Shown: positions 21,911 through 35,722 of the stretch, one piece after another | How the letters are laid out: every line of letters starts with the position of its first letter | Numbering within the stretch: position 1 is the stretch's first letter | From: Octopus sinensis | Taxonomy: Eukaryota | Assembly: GCF_006345805.1 (NCBI RefSeq) | Contig: NC_042998.1 | Location: 155,248,001-155,312,000 of the forward strand | Length of the DNA: 64,000 bases | Direction of reading: 5' to 3' | Translations under genes and position numbers: made by a program | The notes under the pieces: generated by a model | What the model saw: the letters and a program-made list of their open reading frames with translations, nothing else | Told to the model about the DNA's origin: nothing | Databases searched by the model: none

Positions 21911-24900
21911 ACCCCTCCTTCGTGGTGGAGGAGCTTACATGGACCAATGACTTTGAGAGGAATGCCATCAGGAATTCTAAGCTTCTGGTAGGGTCACTCT
22001 TAGCAGCATGGTCAAAGATGAAGACTCAGACTAAGTACAAATGACCCCTACCCCCGAAGACCCCAATGGTGGAACAAGTGGATGAGGATTACAACAGATC
22101 TCAACAGTTGAACCAGTGGATGAACAGGGCTATGCATGACAGACATAATACAGAAGGCAGCACTTGAAACCATATCCTGGTCAGTAGCAGTACATTGCCA
22201 TTTCATAACTGGAGCTTGCATTTCTTTTTTGATATGTGCTGCAGAGGAAAGTCGTGAAATCAAGTATGTGGGTCACTTCCTAGCAAGATGAGGTCTACCT
22301 TAAACAAATTCACACCATCAGCACTTTAATTTTATTTTCCTTCACCTCGAATCAACTCTTGCAAAGTGCAATGGAATCAATGATGGGAGCAAGTTTTGGT
22401 GAAACTGGAAGCTTCTAGTTCTGAATCTGCATGTTGGCAGTGATGTGTGATGGTGACCCTCCTAAGATCCAATGACTACATAGGAGTCTAGTCGTGCATT
22501 TGCGTCTGGGTAGGCCTGACTAGGAATATCACTGCCCACCTCAATGTGGAAAGGTCCTAGAAAAGGTTGACCAAACATCAGAAGTCGCTACCACTGTGTG
22601 GCTGAGTAACCACACTTGGCAGGCCACCTATCATGCAGTCAAAACAACAACAAACTTAAAACTATCAATATGATCTTTGGAACAGGGAATGTTAGAACTC
22701 TTCTCAACATTGACAAAACCAACAGACCAGAAAGATGCACTGCTCTAGTCTCAAAAGAACTGGCTAGACTCAATGTGTACATCACAGCAATGAGTGAAAC
22801 ATAGCTTTCAGGAGTGGGAAGACTTGAAGAAACTGGTTCTGGCCATACATTTTTTTTGGAAAGGCAAGTATGAAGGGGAAAGAAGAATTCAAGGCGTCAG
22901 TTTTGCTTTTAATATCAACTGCCATCAACGAATAGCTAATGACTCTTTGTTTCCCACTTCCTAAAGAGAATTACATCACTCTCATTTCTGCTTAGGCTCC
23001 AATTCTTGATGCTGATGAAGAAGCAAAGTATCAATTTTACCAACAATTAAATAACATCATTGTCAACATACCACCAAAGGATAAACTCTTGTTATTTCAA
23101 TGCAAGGGTAGGAAAAGATCATCACCTATAAGAAAATGTCATTGGGAATTGCAACTCCAACAGACATCTGTTACTAGGTCTATGCATGGAATAGATACAC
23201 AGCTTCAACCTCCAACATGCTTCAATATCACATGAATGCATCCTGATCCAAACATTGGCACCTAATAGACTATGCCATCATACAGTAGACATCCTCATCA
23301 CCAAAGTAGGCCTTAATGCCAACAACTGCTTGGACAGATCACTTTGTTACCACATGCACGAGAATCACTATTCATCAAGAATGCAACATCAACCCCATCT
23401 CATTGAAAATATGATATCTCAAAACTAAGTCAGGGACTTAGTTCTAATCCAGTCAATGACCAATCTGTTGATGAAGAATGGGGAACAATTTGTGATAAAA
23501 ATAGCAAACACTGTCATCAGCTTCACCAAGACAAAATCAGGACTGGTTTTATGAAAACAATATTGAAATCAACAACCTCGTCTGGCTCATGAATAAGGCC
23601 AAAGATCCAAACTAAAAACGAAGCTAAAATAGTAGTGTCAAACAAAACTAAGAGAACTGTAGAATCTTTGGTGCTAACGAAAAGCAGTTGAACTTCAGGG
23701 TTATTCAAATGCAAATGATCTCAGAAATTTCTATGTTGGAATGAAACAACTGTGTGGACCAGTACAAACATCAAATGGATCCCTTCTAGCAGCTGACAAT
23801 ACAGACATACTAATCAATCCACAAGATATACTCCTACACTGGAAGGAACGTTTTCCACCCTCCTAAATAGAAACTCCTTTGCTTTATGCAAGCGATGAAG
23901 CAAATGAAATCAAAAATATGTCCCCAGGCCCAGATAACAACCCTTTCAGACTGATCAAACATGTAGGCTTTTCCTTGCAAACCTGCATCTTCACCCTCAT
24001 CCTGAACATGTGGGAATCCCAACACATTCCTGAAGAACTGAAAGGTGCAGTCATCATAATCATCTTCCACAAAGATGACTGAAATGCCTGTGGGAACTAT
24101 AAATGAATATCATTACTTTCCATCACTGGAAGAGTCTTTGCCAGGATCTTTCTAAATCAGCTCTAAGCCATCACTGAAATGGCCCACCAGAATCTCAGTG
24201 TGGATTCCATGCCTCTCATAGCACAATTGACATGGTTTTCTGTGGAAGGCAACTTCAAGAGAAAAGCAGGGAACAACAAAAACCTGCTTTCCTTGTTTTC
24301 TATGACTTAGAAAAGGCCCTTGGTAGCATTCCAAAAGCTACTATGTGAGAGATTCTTCATCATTTTGGATGTTTCAACTATCTTACCTCTGTGTTTCAAG
24401 CAATACATGACAATATGTCTGGACATATATTCTACCAAACAAACTATTAGAAGAATTTCCTGTCATGTGTAGTCTAAAACAAGGATGCATCTTTGAACCT
24501 ACCATATTCTCCTGGTAACTAGCTGCAATGCTTCACAAACTTCCTCCAGATAATCCAGGAGTTGACATTCAGATATTGATATGACGGAGAACTCTTCATC
24601 TTAGCATTATTTGATTTAAACATCTATCACAAATCAAAACATTTCAGAACTTCAAGATGCTAATGACAACACTACCCTCTGTCATTCAAAAGAAGAACAA
24701 CTATGGCCTACCATGGCTTTGACTTTACAGTAAATATCAAGAAAACCAAGGTCCTTGTAAAGCCAGCCATAAATACCATCTTATCAGATTTGATATTACC
24801 ATCACTGAATCTTTATATTACTGTCTTTAGACAGCTTTTATCAAACAAGTGCAATCAGAAAAGGATGTGGAACACGAAACTGGAGCTGCACATGGGGCAT

Positions 24901-25560
24901 TTGGAAAACCAATCAAATGCATCATTAACAACAAAGACCTGAACTTAACAAAAATTATGGTCTATAATGCTGTTGTCATTTCAATCTTGCTATATGGTTG
25001 CAAAACCTGGACTCTATATCATTGCAACACCAAAAACTTAGAAAGCTCTCACCATCAAAAGCTTCATTCAATCTTGAATATCAAATGGGAATACTACGTG
25101 ACCAACAACAAAGTCTGAAAAAGATCCAACAGTTAAAACATCAAATCACTGATCAATATGTTCAGGACATGTAACAAGAATGGAAAAGTCAAGGTTCCCA
25201 CTTCAAGTCTTATTCAGCAAGTTCACATCAGGGAAATGACTATGGTGTTGCCCTCTTCAAAAATACAAGGACCAACTCAAAGCAACACTGAAAGCAACTG
25301 AACTTGAAATTAAATTGTTTGAAACACAAGCTTGAGACAATACCAACTGGTGGTATTCCATCACCATCAGAACAAAAATCTTTGAAACCACCAGAAGAGA
25401 AAAGGAAGAAGTCAAACAGCTAGAGAGAAGCGCTCAACAAAATCAACAAAACTCATCCTCCATCAACATTACCATGCAGTCAATGCCATCGACTCTTCTT
25501 TGCAAGAATTGGTCTACTTGGTCATCGACACCATCACTATAAAGGAAACAATCAGGAAAG
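21911..25560 (+). mobile_element. Near full-length RTE (BovB/Expander-like) LINE, heavily decayed
   Basis: 5' UTR like Rex3/Expander; APE start FGTGNVRTL..RPER.TALVSKELARLN (22616-22804); RT pieces; C-terminal VYNAVVISILLYGCKTW (24849-25118). Confidence 0.88.
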
Positions 25561-25608
25561 AAGAAATTAAATTCTTGGATACAAGATAAAGCTGATGACG
25601 ATATTCTG

Positions 25609-25784
25609 CAAGTCCAGTTGCTTTGAGTCGGTCCTTGTATTTTTGAAGAGGGCAACTCCATGGTCGTTTCCCTGAAGTGAGCTTGCTGAGTAAGACTTGA
25701 TGTGGGAACCTTAACTTTTCCATTCTTGCTACATGTCCTGATCATATTGATCAGTGATTTGATGCTTTAACCATTGGATCTTTT
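25609..25784 (-). repeat. Inverted copy of RTE 3' segment 25119-25309
   Basis: Reverse-complement alignment with scattered mismatches. Confidence 0.85.
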
Positions 25785-25897
25785 GGGTAATACATTTTGA
25801 AACAAACAATATTATTGGTGTTTGCAATGAAACACAAAGTTTATGATTTGGAAGTTGTGATGGACAAGTGAAATTGTTTTTGTGTCTTCATTATACT

Positions 25898-26283
25898 GGT
25901 GCAGGAGTGGCTGTGTGGTAAGTAGCTTGCTTACCAACCACATGGTTCCGGGTTCATTTCCACTGTGTGGGACCTTGTGCAAGTATCTTCTACTATAGCC
26001 TCGGGCTGACCAAAGCCTTGTAAGTGGATTTAGTAGATGGAAACTGAAAGAAACCCGTATATATGTATGTGTGTGTGTATGTTTGTCCTTCCAACATCAC
26101 TTGACAACCGATGGTGGTGTGTTTACGTCCCCATAACTTAGCTGTTCGGCAAAAGAGACTGATAGAATAAGTACTAGGCTTCCAAAGAATAAGTCCTGGG
26201 GTTGATTTGCTCGACTAAAGGTGGTGCTCCAGCATGGCTGCAGTCAAATGACTGAAACAAGTAAAAGAGTAAAGAGTAAAGAG
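25898..26283 (+). mobile_element. tRNA-derived SINE, full length
   Basis: tRNA-like head GGTGCAGGAGTGGCTGTGTGGTAAG..GGTTCCGGGTTCA, internal microsatellite, tail ggtgctccagcatggc..gactgaaacaagtaaaagag; same family as 40118-40530. Confidence 0.9.
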
Positions 26284-27593
26284 TGGTCCTCTTAAAGAGA
26301 AACCTTGCTTAAAACAATAGCCTTTATCCTCACATACACACCAAAAAGTCATTCAACTTTATTTTCAATCTTAGCTCAAGAGGCTAAGACGATTTGGTTT
26401 TAAAAGAAAAAAAAAATATTTTAAGAAACCATACTATAGCTACAAGGAGCAAACAGTAACCAATAAAATAAAGGATTTGTTTTACAAACAATAAAAGGTT
26501 ATTAAAATTAATTATATATCAAAAAAATATTTTAATACTAATGTTATTAATAAAAAACAAATTTACTTTGTTTTAATTTTTCTTCTTTTACTACTACAGA
26601 AACTTCAGAAATACATAAATATTATAACATCACATTATTACTCTCCTATAAATTAAGTCATCAATTTGAAAAATATCACAGTTGTTAATGTCACTCCTGC
26701 CATTTTCCTACTGATCTTTGTTACCATCATAGTCACTATTCTTATCTAAATGCCCATATTGCCTTAAATACTTGGATATAAAATGAAAACATCTGCATTT
26801 TGAATTCTTGAAATAGTTTCACATCTACAGTTAATATCTACAAAGTAAACATCATTTAGTATTAAAATTATAATATTCTGCTTATTTTAGCTAAATCTAC
26901 ATAATAAAAAATAATAAAGAATATTAATTTAATAGTTTAAAATATTTTGCTCACCAAGGAAAGATTAAATAGTCTCTGAAGAATGAATAATCCTATTTCA
27001 TATTTTCTCTCATCTTTATTGGCTTGCTTTTTGTTTCATTTTATTTTTATTTTACAAATATCTTTCAAGATTTTCCTTTATTATTTATAAGTATCAGTTT
27101 TAATGATTTTTTTTTTCCTGTTTGTGAGTTTGAATTGTAGCTTTCTTCTTAGCAAAATATACTCAAAAATAGCAGCATTTGAAATACAATAAACTATGTA
27201 GATATAAATAAACTGTTTTATCAGTACTTCCTCTAACTGGCTATCTTTTTTCTCATTGGCAAGTTGCTTGGCTGACAGTGAACAAATTCAAGCAGCAGCA
27301 GTGAAATGGAAGTTAGTTACTCTAATCAAAGAAGCTTGTTTTAAACTGATAACAATTAACATTTACAGCCTGTTCAAGTTGTTCAAATTATGTACTTTAA
27401 AAAAACAACAATAACTCAATAACATATCTTTATATACCAATGAATATAGCTAACATGAATTAAAAAATGTAATTGTATTTCAATTTTTTATAAGGATGTG
27501 GAAAACAGCCAAAAAGATGAGAAGTAGCTATATAATTAAAGCTTCAAAACTTCATGTAAATTCACATTATTCTAAAGTTTGTTTTATATATTT

Positions 27594-27810
27594 ATTTCTT
27601 TTACATGTTTCAGTCATTGGGTATGTTGGGGTACTGCCTTGAATGGTTTTTGCCAAACAAATAGATCCAGTAATTAATTTTTTTAAAGCCTCATGTATAT
27701 TCTATCAGTTTCTTAGGCTGAACCACCAAGTTACAGGGATGTAAACAAATGAATATGGACTGCCAAGCAGTGATGGGGTACAAACAAAACCACAAAGACA
27801 CACATAGATG
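27594..27810 (-). mobile_element. SINE 3' half
   Basis: Reverse complement of the SINE tail (tttcagtcattgg..ggtactgcc). Confidence 0.65.
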
Positions 27811-27854
27811 CAAGCAAGCCATTAACCATTTGCACACATTCCTCACTCACAAAT

Positions 27855-29555
27855 GGGCACCCATGAGAACTACTATATGCTGATGACCTTGTTCTTAAAG
27901 CAGAAACTGCAGCAGCATTGGAAAAGAAACTCCAGGTATGGAAACAAAACCTGGAATCAAAGGGCCAAAGTTGTAATCAGCAATAAAGTAAATAAGACAC
28001 TCTGTCTGTCAGGTTAATGGTCCTGCACAATATGTAAGAAACATATTAGAAGAAATTCCATTCAATACACCAACTGAAAGCTATGGACATATATGAGGTG
28101 CAGTGGAATCACAGACTGGTTATCAATAAAAGTAGTCTCTGTATGTGGCAGATAAGCAGAAACAATAAGCACTATGGACACGTGGGAATTAAATTTTCTC
28201 AAATACCCAGGAGGCTCCCTAGAGGTTGCAGATATTTACCTAAATGATCAAATTAGCAGTGGAGGATGATATTCTGAAAGTAGAGTTGCTAAGATAAGAA
28301 TAGGATGGAGAAAATTCAGAGAGCCCTTACCTCTGATGGCAACAAAAACTTTTCTCTTAGAATAAAAGGCAGATTGTATAATGCTTATGTACAAATGGTT
28401 ATGTTTCTTACTAGTGAAATGTGGGTCCTGAATGCAGAGGACATGCAAAAACTGGAGAGGAATGAAACTAGCATGTTATGATGGATGTGAAACATCAGAG
28501 AACATGTACCACAAAAGAGCGAATGTGTTGTGAGAAAAGTTAGGCATAAGAAGAATCAGATGTAGCATGCAAGAAAGAAGACTGTAATGGTTTGGTTATG
28601 TGATGCATATGGATGAAGAAAGCTGATCACTTAAAGTGGATTGTCCCTACAAAAGAAAACAACTTGTGTGGGATGATGTAGTGAGAGCTGATCTCAAGAT
28701 ATTGAGTCTTATGGAGGACATTACAATGGATTAGAATGTATGACAATATGAGATTCTTGAGAAGTCCCACCCTCCTTAGCCAAACTGAGTTCTGGAACCA
28801 TTGTGTACTCTCCAACCAAACATTACATAAATTCATCCCATCACACCAATGAACCAAACTACATCTCATCATGTACTATGCTTGACTCTGTTCCCCCTGA
28901 TCCAGCAGCCCAACTCTGCCTTGTCATCTCCCTCTCCTGTACTCTCCCCTTGCCAACTATCCCTCTTCTCTCTATATATACAACCCTTATATGCATATGT
29001 GTGTGTGTTCATCACCCTGTAGTGCATTTATCTCCCTCCTTCCCTTTATTTCCTACTCTTTTAAACTCTCATGAGCTCCCTGCTTACTCATCCTGACCAA
29101 TCCTCTGTATCATTTCACTCACCTCTCTGTACCTTGAGGATATGCTCAGTCACATTTTCACGACCATCTTTTCTCCCTCCCTCCCCCTCTCTCTCTCCTC
29201 CAACTGGGATAACCATGTATCACCTCTACATCAAGACACCTGCTTCTGTCCCTCTATCATAGTTTAATTACTAATCACCTAACACAAAGCCAACTCCCTC
29301 AATACCACTCTTCCTCTCATTTGAGAGGTCTTTATCTTCCAAGTTACTTGATGACCTAGTCAGTGCTGGTGCCTCATAAAAAAGTATCCAGTATGCTCAG
29401 TAAAGTGGTTGGCATTAGGAAGGGCATCCAGTCATAGAAACCTTGCCTAAGCAGACAGTAAAGCTTAATGCGGTCCTCAGACTCACTAGCTCCCTGTCTA
29501 GCCCACGACAACATGGAAAACAGCCATCAAATGATGATAACAACAACAACGATGA
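27855..29555 (+). mobile_element. RTE LINE 3' portion (RT YADD to tail)
   Basis: P.ELLYADDLVL.AE, later IGWRKFRE.LPL; ends with a gatgat/aac tail. Confidence 0.85.
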
Positions 29556-29627
29556 CCAAAGGATATGGTTTTACTATACAGGAACAAGAAATAACAAATC
29601 AAATAAAGACACACAAAAGTAATACGG

Positions 29628-30372
29628 ACTAGCAGTATAGCCCGGCTTTGCTCGGAATTAAGTTAGGATTATTAAGCTAATCAAGCTCTTTATTTCAAAG
29701 CAAACTAAGTAACATCGACATCAAATTTAAGTGAAATCCATTGAAATTGGTAAACTTTTGGCTGAAATTTTGCAGACAATTTGATTGGGAAATCCCATAA
29801 GGAATCAGTTTATCGATTTTTTTCCACTCATCGATTGTTTTTTTGTTTTTTTTTGTTTTTTTTTTCGTTTTTGGAGAACTTAAAGCATTCAAAGATCCCA
29901 TGAGTCCTAAGTCCTAAGTAATGCTGGCATCAAGTTTGAACAAAATACATCAGAATTGGTAGACATTATGGTTGAAAATGGGGTGTAGCAAATTTTAGTG
30001 GGAAGTCCTATAAGGAATTGGTTTATCCTGATTAAATGGAAAACCCCATAAAGAATCACCTTATTGATTTTTCACCCCAAATAGGACTTAACCGAACATT
30101 GCTGATTCAAAAACATCTATATTTATACTTTAAAGTTGACTTTCATACCCAACCCAGTTCTGCAGAATCAGTGTCATGACGGGAGCGCATGGGTTGGGAG
30201 TTTGACTGGCAGAGGCAATCAGGTTGCATATGCCAACCTTGAAAACACCAGCCCAATCATGTAACCCCATTTTGCTCATGGGTTGGGAACCCTTCCAGCA
30301 AGGAAAATAGAACGCCCAAAAGGGCCCCCTATACTCTGCGTGAGGAGTGGTTATGTTCAGATCACAACTAAG
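29628..30372 (+). mobile_element. Non-autonomous Helentron/HINE-like repeat, copy 2
   Basis: ACTAGCAGTATAGCCCGGC start; colinear with 13554-14280. Confidence 0.6.
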
Positions 30373-30788
30373 TATATATATATATGGGCAACACACACAT
30401 ACTCACACACACACACATATACGAACATACACCTATTGCATACATATTTTTGCACACCTTTGCCCCTGCCCCTGTCCCACCACCACCTCCTACCCGAGTA
30501 ATACCATCAATTGAAGCAAATTTGGCACCCAGACGTAAGTTTTGTAAGAGATGTGAGAGTCAGATCTCTCCTTTCGAAAACATGAACAGTTTCAAAACAT
30601 TGTTTACAAAATAATAGCTGATCATTTGCGAAGGAGCGTGTCTACAGTCAACAAGTAGGTCTTTTGCTCTGGTAACCTCTGCTCTCTCCCATGTTCACAC
30701 ACGACTAGCTATATATTGCTATGAGTAGAGCAACGGATTCAGCTAATTTGGAAATTAATTGTGGAGAAATGGAGAATATCATTTATAT

Positions 30789-30825
<37 letters not shown>

Positions 30826-30949
30826 GGGCAACACACACACACACACATTGCATACATGTGTTTTGTACGCATACATGCTCGTGTGTGTGTGTGACTGAAG
30901 CCATTCACACATACATACATACATACATACATACATAACAACACCTGTC

Positions 30950-31440
30950 TGTCTGTTTTTGCCTGTCAGTCACTCAGTAAAAAGACAAAATTTTAAAAAT
31001 CTGTTATCTCTCTCCTGTAGCTTTGCTCTCTTTTACAAACCCAGTGAACATATATTTCCTATTTCAAAGAAATTCAAACAATAGATATAAGACCCAAGTT
31101 AAAAAGATTCTCAACAATTCAACTTCTCTGGTTGACATTAAGATGCCCATCCCCAATAGGTGCCTTAACTCTCACATTTTAGAGCTCCATGACTTTCATT
31201 TTTCAGGAGCAAAATCCTTTTAACAGGTTCTATAAGACTGGAATTTTGGAATATGCGCATAAAAATCAGTAGTATGGGATACATGTAGCACGATTACAAT
31301 TTTTTTAGGGTGTGTAAAGAGGGAAATAACCCACATCTGCAATTTTCATGAAATTTGAAACATAGGTATTCCAGTTCATTACAGAAAAGTCTAATTCTTC
31401 AATTGTATGTAACACGGACTATGCCGGGTAACTCTGCTCG

Positions 31441-31442
<2 letters not shown>
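30950..31442 (-). mobile_element. HINE-like repeat 5' end
   Basis: Minus strand starts ACGAGCAGAGTTACCCGGCATAGTCCG, the same terminal pattern; inner boundary uncertain. Confidence 0.45.
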
Positions 31443-31496
<54 letters not shown>

Positions 31497-31516
31497 GAAA
31501 CTGACTTATTGGAAGT

Positions 31517-31559
31517 CCACCTGAAGATTGTCGATCAAGACAAGAAACAATTGTAGTGG
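31517..31559 (+). ncRNA. Minimal type I hammerhead ribozyme motif
   Basis: CCAC-CTGAAGA-TTGTC gatcaa GACAA-GAAAC aatt GTA-GTGG; predicted cleavage after 31555. Confidence 0.8.
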
Positions 31560-31646
31560 CGGTTTTTTTGACTATTTATTAAAATTTTATGTATTGATTA
31601 AGTCTTTCCTTGTTTGTTTTGCAAAATAGTGGTTTTGTCTCTAATA

Positions 31647-31690
<44 letters not shown>

Positions 31691-31999
31691 GTGTTGGATC
31701 TGGCATTGCTTGTGTTTTCCGTGATGAAGTTAAGCCCATCTCTGACCTTGTACTGAATTCTTTTATGTTCTCCATGCCAACTATTACCCATAAAGATGTT
31801 TTATCTGGTGCAGCAGGGATTTTACCCAGTTAATGCTTTCGACATACTCCTACATACTGGACTGTCTGAAAACGCAAACTTTTGAGTGTACCTCAACCCG
31901 TTGAGAGCGATGTTTGTTTATTTCTCTCTCCTTAATGCCACCCTCTGTACAAAATTGATCAGCATATCCAATCTCAGCAAAATCTGTAGAAAAGTGTTA

Positions 32000-32706
32000 A
32001 GGTTATGTCATAAAATTGAATCCATGTGATCATTCACATGAAAATATCCTATTGACTTTTAAATCCCTATACATTATATAAATAATTGATGTTTCATATG
32101 TCGGAGAGCTTCATTTTACTCATAGGTCAATTTTCTTTAAAATCAGATCGTTATTTTATTGTGAGTGAATTTTGACGATTTCTGCCTTTCACCAGTTTAA
32201 TTTTAATTCTACTACATGACTCCGACCATAAACTTTACCTAAATGTCAAATTTCACCAAAATCGGATGAATGCTGTAAAAGTTACAGCATAAAATATTAA
32301 TCCTATGGGTAATTGCATACAAAAAACTCGCAAATTATCGATTTTTTGTCAACTCTTCATGCTGGCATAAACTAATGGACATGAACTATAATCACGTGTA
32401 AAATTTCTACAAAATCGTTTGTCTCTAAGGAAATGTGTATTTGCATCTGTGCCCTTTCCAAGCCCTTTTGAATTAAATAAGCACCTTCACCATCTCCCAC
32501 ATCAGAAAATTTACCTACATCTCAAATTTCATTAAAATTGGATAAAAAATATAAAAGTTACAGTGAAAAATAAAATTCCTATGGTTATTTGCACACAAAA
32601 AGCCTACTGAGTTTATAAAACCACTGCTCAGGCGCAATTATCGATTTTTGGCAACACCATATACTGACATCACCCCAGTGCCATGAGCCTTATATCTATC
32701 TATCTA

Positions 32707-32755
<49 letters not shown>

Positions 32756-33950
32756 GCGCACACACACATGCATGCATACATACATACATATATACATACA
32801 TGTATATGCACACACACTGACCCACACACATGCGTACAAACAAAAAGCACACAGCTTGGGTAATGGACAGAATCAATAACTATTGAAAGGGTTGTAAGAC
32901 ACAACGAAAATTTTAGAAAAATAAATAAGTAAATGAGTGGAAACTTTACTGGTGAGTGCATTGAATTATAAGACACTAAAAGGGAATGACTCTCCCCAGA
33001 CACAACAGTATATATATATACATATGCACACACACATATCTACATATGTGGGTAATTCTGTCGGTGGGTGTGTTTGTGGAGTTGTTAACTAACTCCTACA
33101 TCATTTTATTGATTTTGATGAAACATGACATGTGAATAGAATTCATGTCTGGAAATCTCATGAGATACTCAGATTGTGGGGAAAAAAAATCGATAATAGG
33201 GCCCCTGGAAGGGATCCTTATATATACCCAAGGGAAATAACCCATTCATTTTCCTAAATTATTTGGTAAAAATGAAATTGGGTATGCTTATTTCTTAGTA
33301 TTTGAACCATTAGAGTTATTTTCACAATTTATCCAGTACAACATTTAAACAAGTAAATAGTAAACAGTAGATCCACTTATTTTGGTTAGTGACTTATTCA
33401 TGAATATACCAATACTAGTGCCCCTAGGGGTAATATTTTCTGGGAATGTGCAAAAACCTTTTTCAGAGTTATTTACTTTGAATTGTTATTATCTCATATC
33501 TGATTAGCCTGATATTACATAACATGCTTCATAATTTTAGTATACATACCTTATTAGTATTTCCTCCTATGCTCTGGGAATGCATTAAAGCCCTTTTCAA
33601 GGCTACTTTATTTGAATTCTTACTATTGGGTAACTAATTTCATGTTATTACATAACTGATTTCACAATTTGGGTATTCATAACGTATTGGGAATTCCTAA
33701 AACCAAAATCCTGTATAAGACAATTCAGTATTCTCTGTAAATACACAAAAACCGTTTTAAGGGCTACATAGTTTGCATTGTTGTTATTGGATTAGCAAAA
33801 CAATTATGAGAACGGAACCAAGGGATAAGCCCCGCTTTCCCAAGAATTACCAGGTATGTCAGCTAGTATATATATATTCTACTATTTTCTTCTCTTCTAA
33901 TCATTCTATTTCCTTGAAAAAATTTCTTCAAGTCAATACCCATTATAACC
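32000..33950. mobile_element. Mosaic of HINE-like fragments with internal subrepeats, split by (TA)/(CA) tracts
   Basis: Duplicated caaatttca..aaaat(c/t)gga..aaagttacag blocks (~32247, ~32523) and ctgggaatg..ccttttca blocks (~33440, ~33570). Confidence 0.4.
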
Positions 33951-34631
33951 TGTCTTGGCCTAATGGCCCTAAATATTTGTCTTCGTCGATTGTTTATTCT
34001 GTACATCCCCTCTGTTGTTTGTTTGTTCGAAGCTCTAACTCACCATGAATTTTACATTCTAAAAACTTCTGGATGCTGCTGTCTTATAAAATGTTCCTGT
34101 ATTGGTGTTAAAAGCACAAAATAGAAGTAATAAACAGTCTGACAATTGATGAAGAGTTATCGTCTTTTGATATTTTGTCTTGTACCTTTCTCTCATGTGT
34201 TTACGTATTTTTCACTTGTTGGTGATGTCCTGTACTTATCTCTTGTGTGTTTACATATTTTTTCACTCTTTCATGATGTCCTGTACACAATGTGAATATT
34301 TTACTTTATATATATATAAACATATATATGGTCACAGTCTAATGACTGAAACAAGTAAAACATAAAACATGTATATATACATATATATATATACATACAT
34401 ACAGATATACATATACACACACACACCCACTCACACACATATATACATACATATATATATACATATACATATATATTCAAATAAACACACATACATATAC
34501 ACACAGATATATGTACATATATATATATGTGTGTGTGTATGCATATATATAGATATATATACACATATATATGAATACATACATATATATATATAGATAT
34601 ATAGACACACAGATATATATACATACATATA

Positions 34632-35702
34632 TCATCATCATTTAACATCCGTTGTCCTGCTGGCATGCATTGGTTGGTTTGACTGAGCTGGCACTCTGGA
34701 AGACTGCACCAGTCTCCAGTCTGATTTGCATGTTTTTTCTACAAGTGGATGCTCTTCCTAACACCAACCACTTTGTGAATATAATGGGTGGTTTTTACAT
34801 GCCACCGGCATGAGTGCCATTTGCGTGACATTGGGGTGCATTTACATGTCACTGACACAGGTGCCATCTGCATGACACTGGGGTGCATTTATGTGCCACC
34901 AGCATGGGTGCCAATTTCTGTGACACTGGTATCTACCATGACAGTGTTTTTGCTTGGCTTGCTGGGTCTTCTTCTCAAGCACGACATAATGCCAAAGGTC
35001 TTGGTCACTGCTCTATGAGACCCAACGCTCAAAAGGAAGTATGTAACTTTGCTTCTGTGAAACCCAACGCTTGAAAGGAACTCAGCCACTTTGCCTCTAT
35101 GAGGCTCAACGCTCGAGGAGAACTCAGCCACTTTGCGTCTAGGAGGCCCAATTTTCAAAAGACGTTCTCTTCATGCCTTCAGCATAGGTGCACTTGGCTT
35201 GATGGGTCCTCTCAAGCACAGCACATCGCCAAAGGTCTCAATCACCAGTCATTTCCTCTGTGAGGCTCAAAATTTGAAGCTCATGCTTCACCACCTTCTC
35301 CTATGTCTTCTGTGGTCTACCTCTACCTCAGGTTCCCTCCACAGTTAGAGATCGGCATTTTTTTACACAGCTGTCCTCACCCATATGCCTCACACAACCA
35401 TACCAGTGCAGTTGTCTCTCTTGCACACCACATCTAATTCCTCTTATGCCTAACTTTTCTCTCAGGATGCTTACACTATGTCGAACAGTGCACTGACATT
35501 GCACATCCAGCAAAGCATACTGGTTTAATTTCTCTCAAGCCTAAGCATGTCTTTGGCTTAGCCCATGTTTCATTGCCATAGCCCATGCTTCACTGTCCCG
35601 CAACATAACTGTTTGCACACAGGCATCAAACAATCTGCCTTTCACTCTGGGAAAGAGGACCTTTGTTGCCAGCAGGAGTAGGAGCTCTCTGAACTTTGCC
35701 CA
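34632..35702 (-). mobile_element. RTE LINE 3' fragment
   Basis: ORF 35328-35513 (LREKLGIRGIRCGVQERQLHWYG); (CAT)n tail at 34632. Confidence 0.88.
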
Positions 35703-35722
35703 ATATATATATATATATATTT

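Noticed and set aside
34141-34179. Hammerhead-like GACAA-TTGATGA-AGAG..CTTT..TTGTC
   Set aside because: Stems I and II are plausible, but C3 is U, GAAA is GATA and there is no stem III; too decayed to call.
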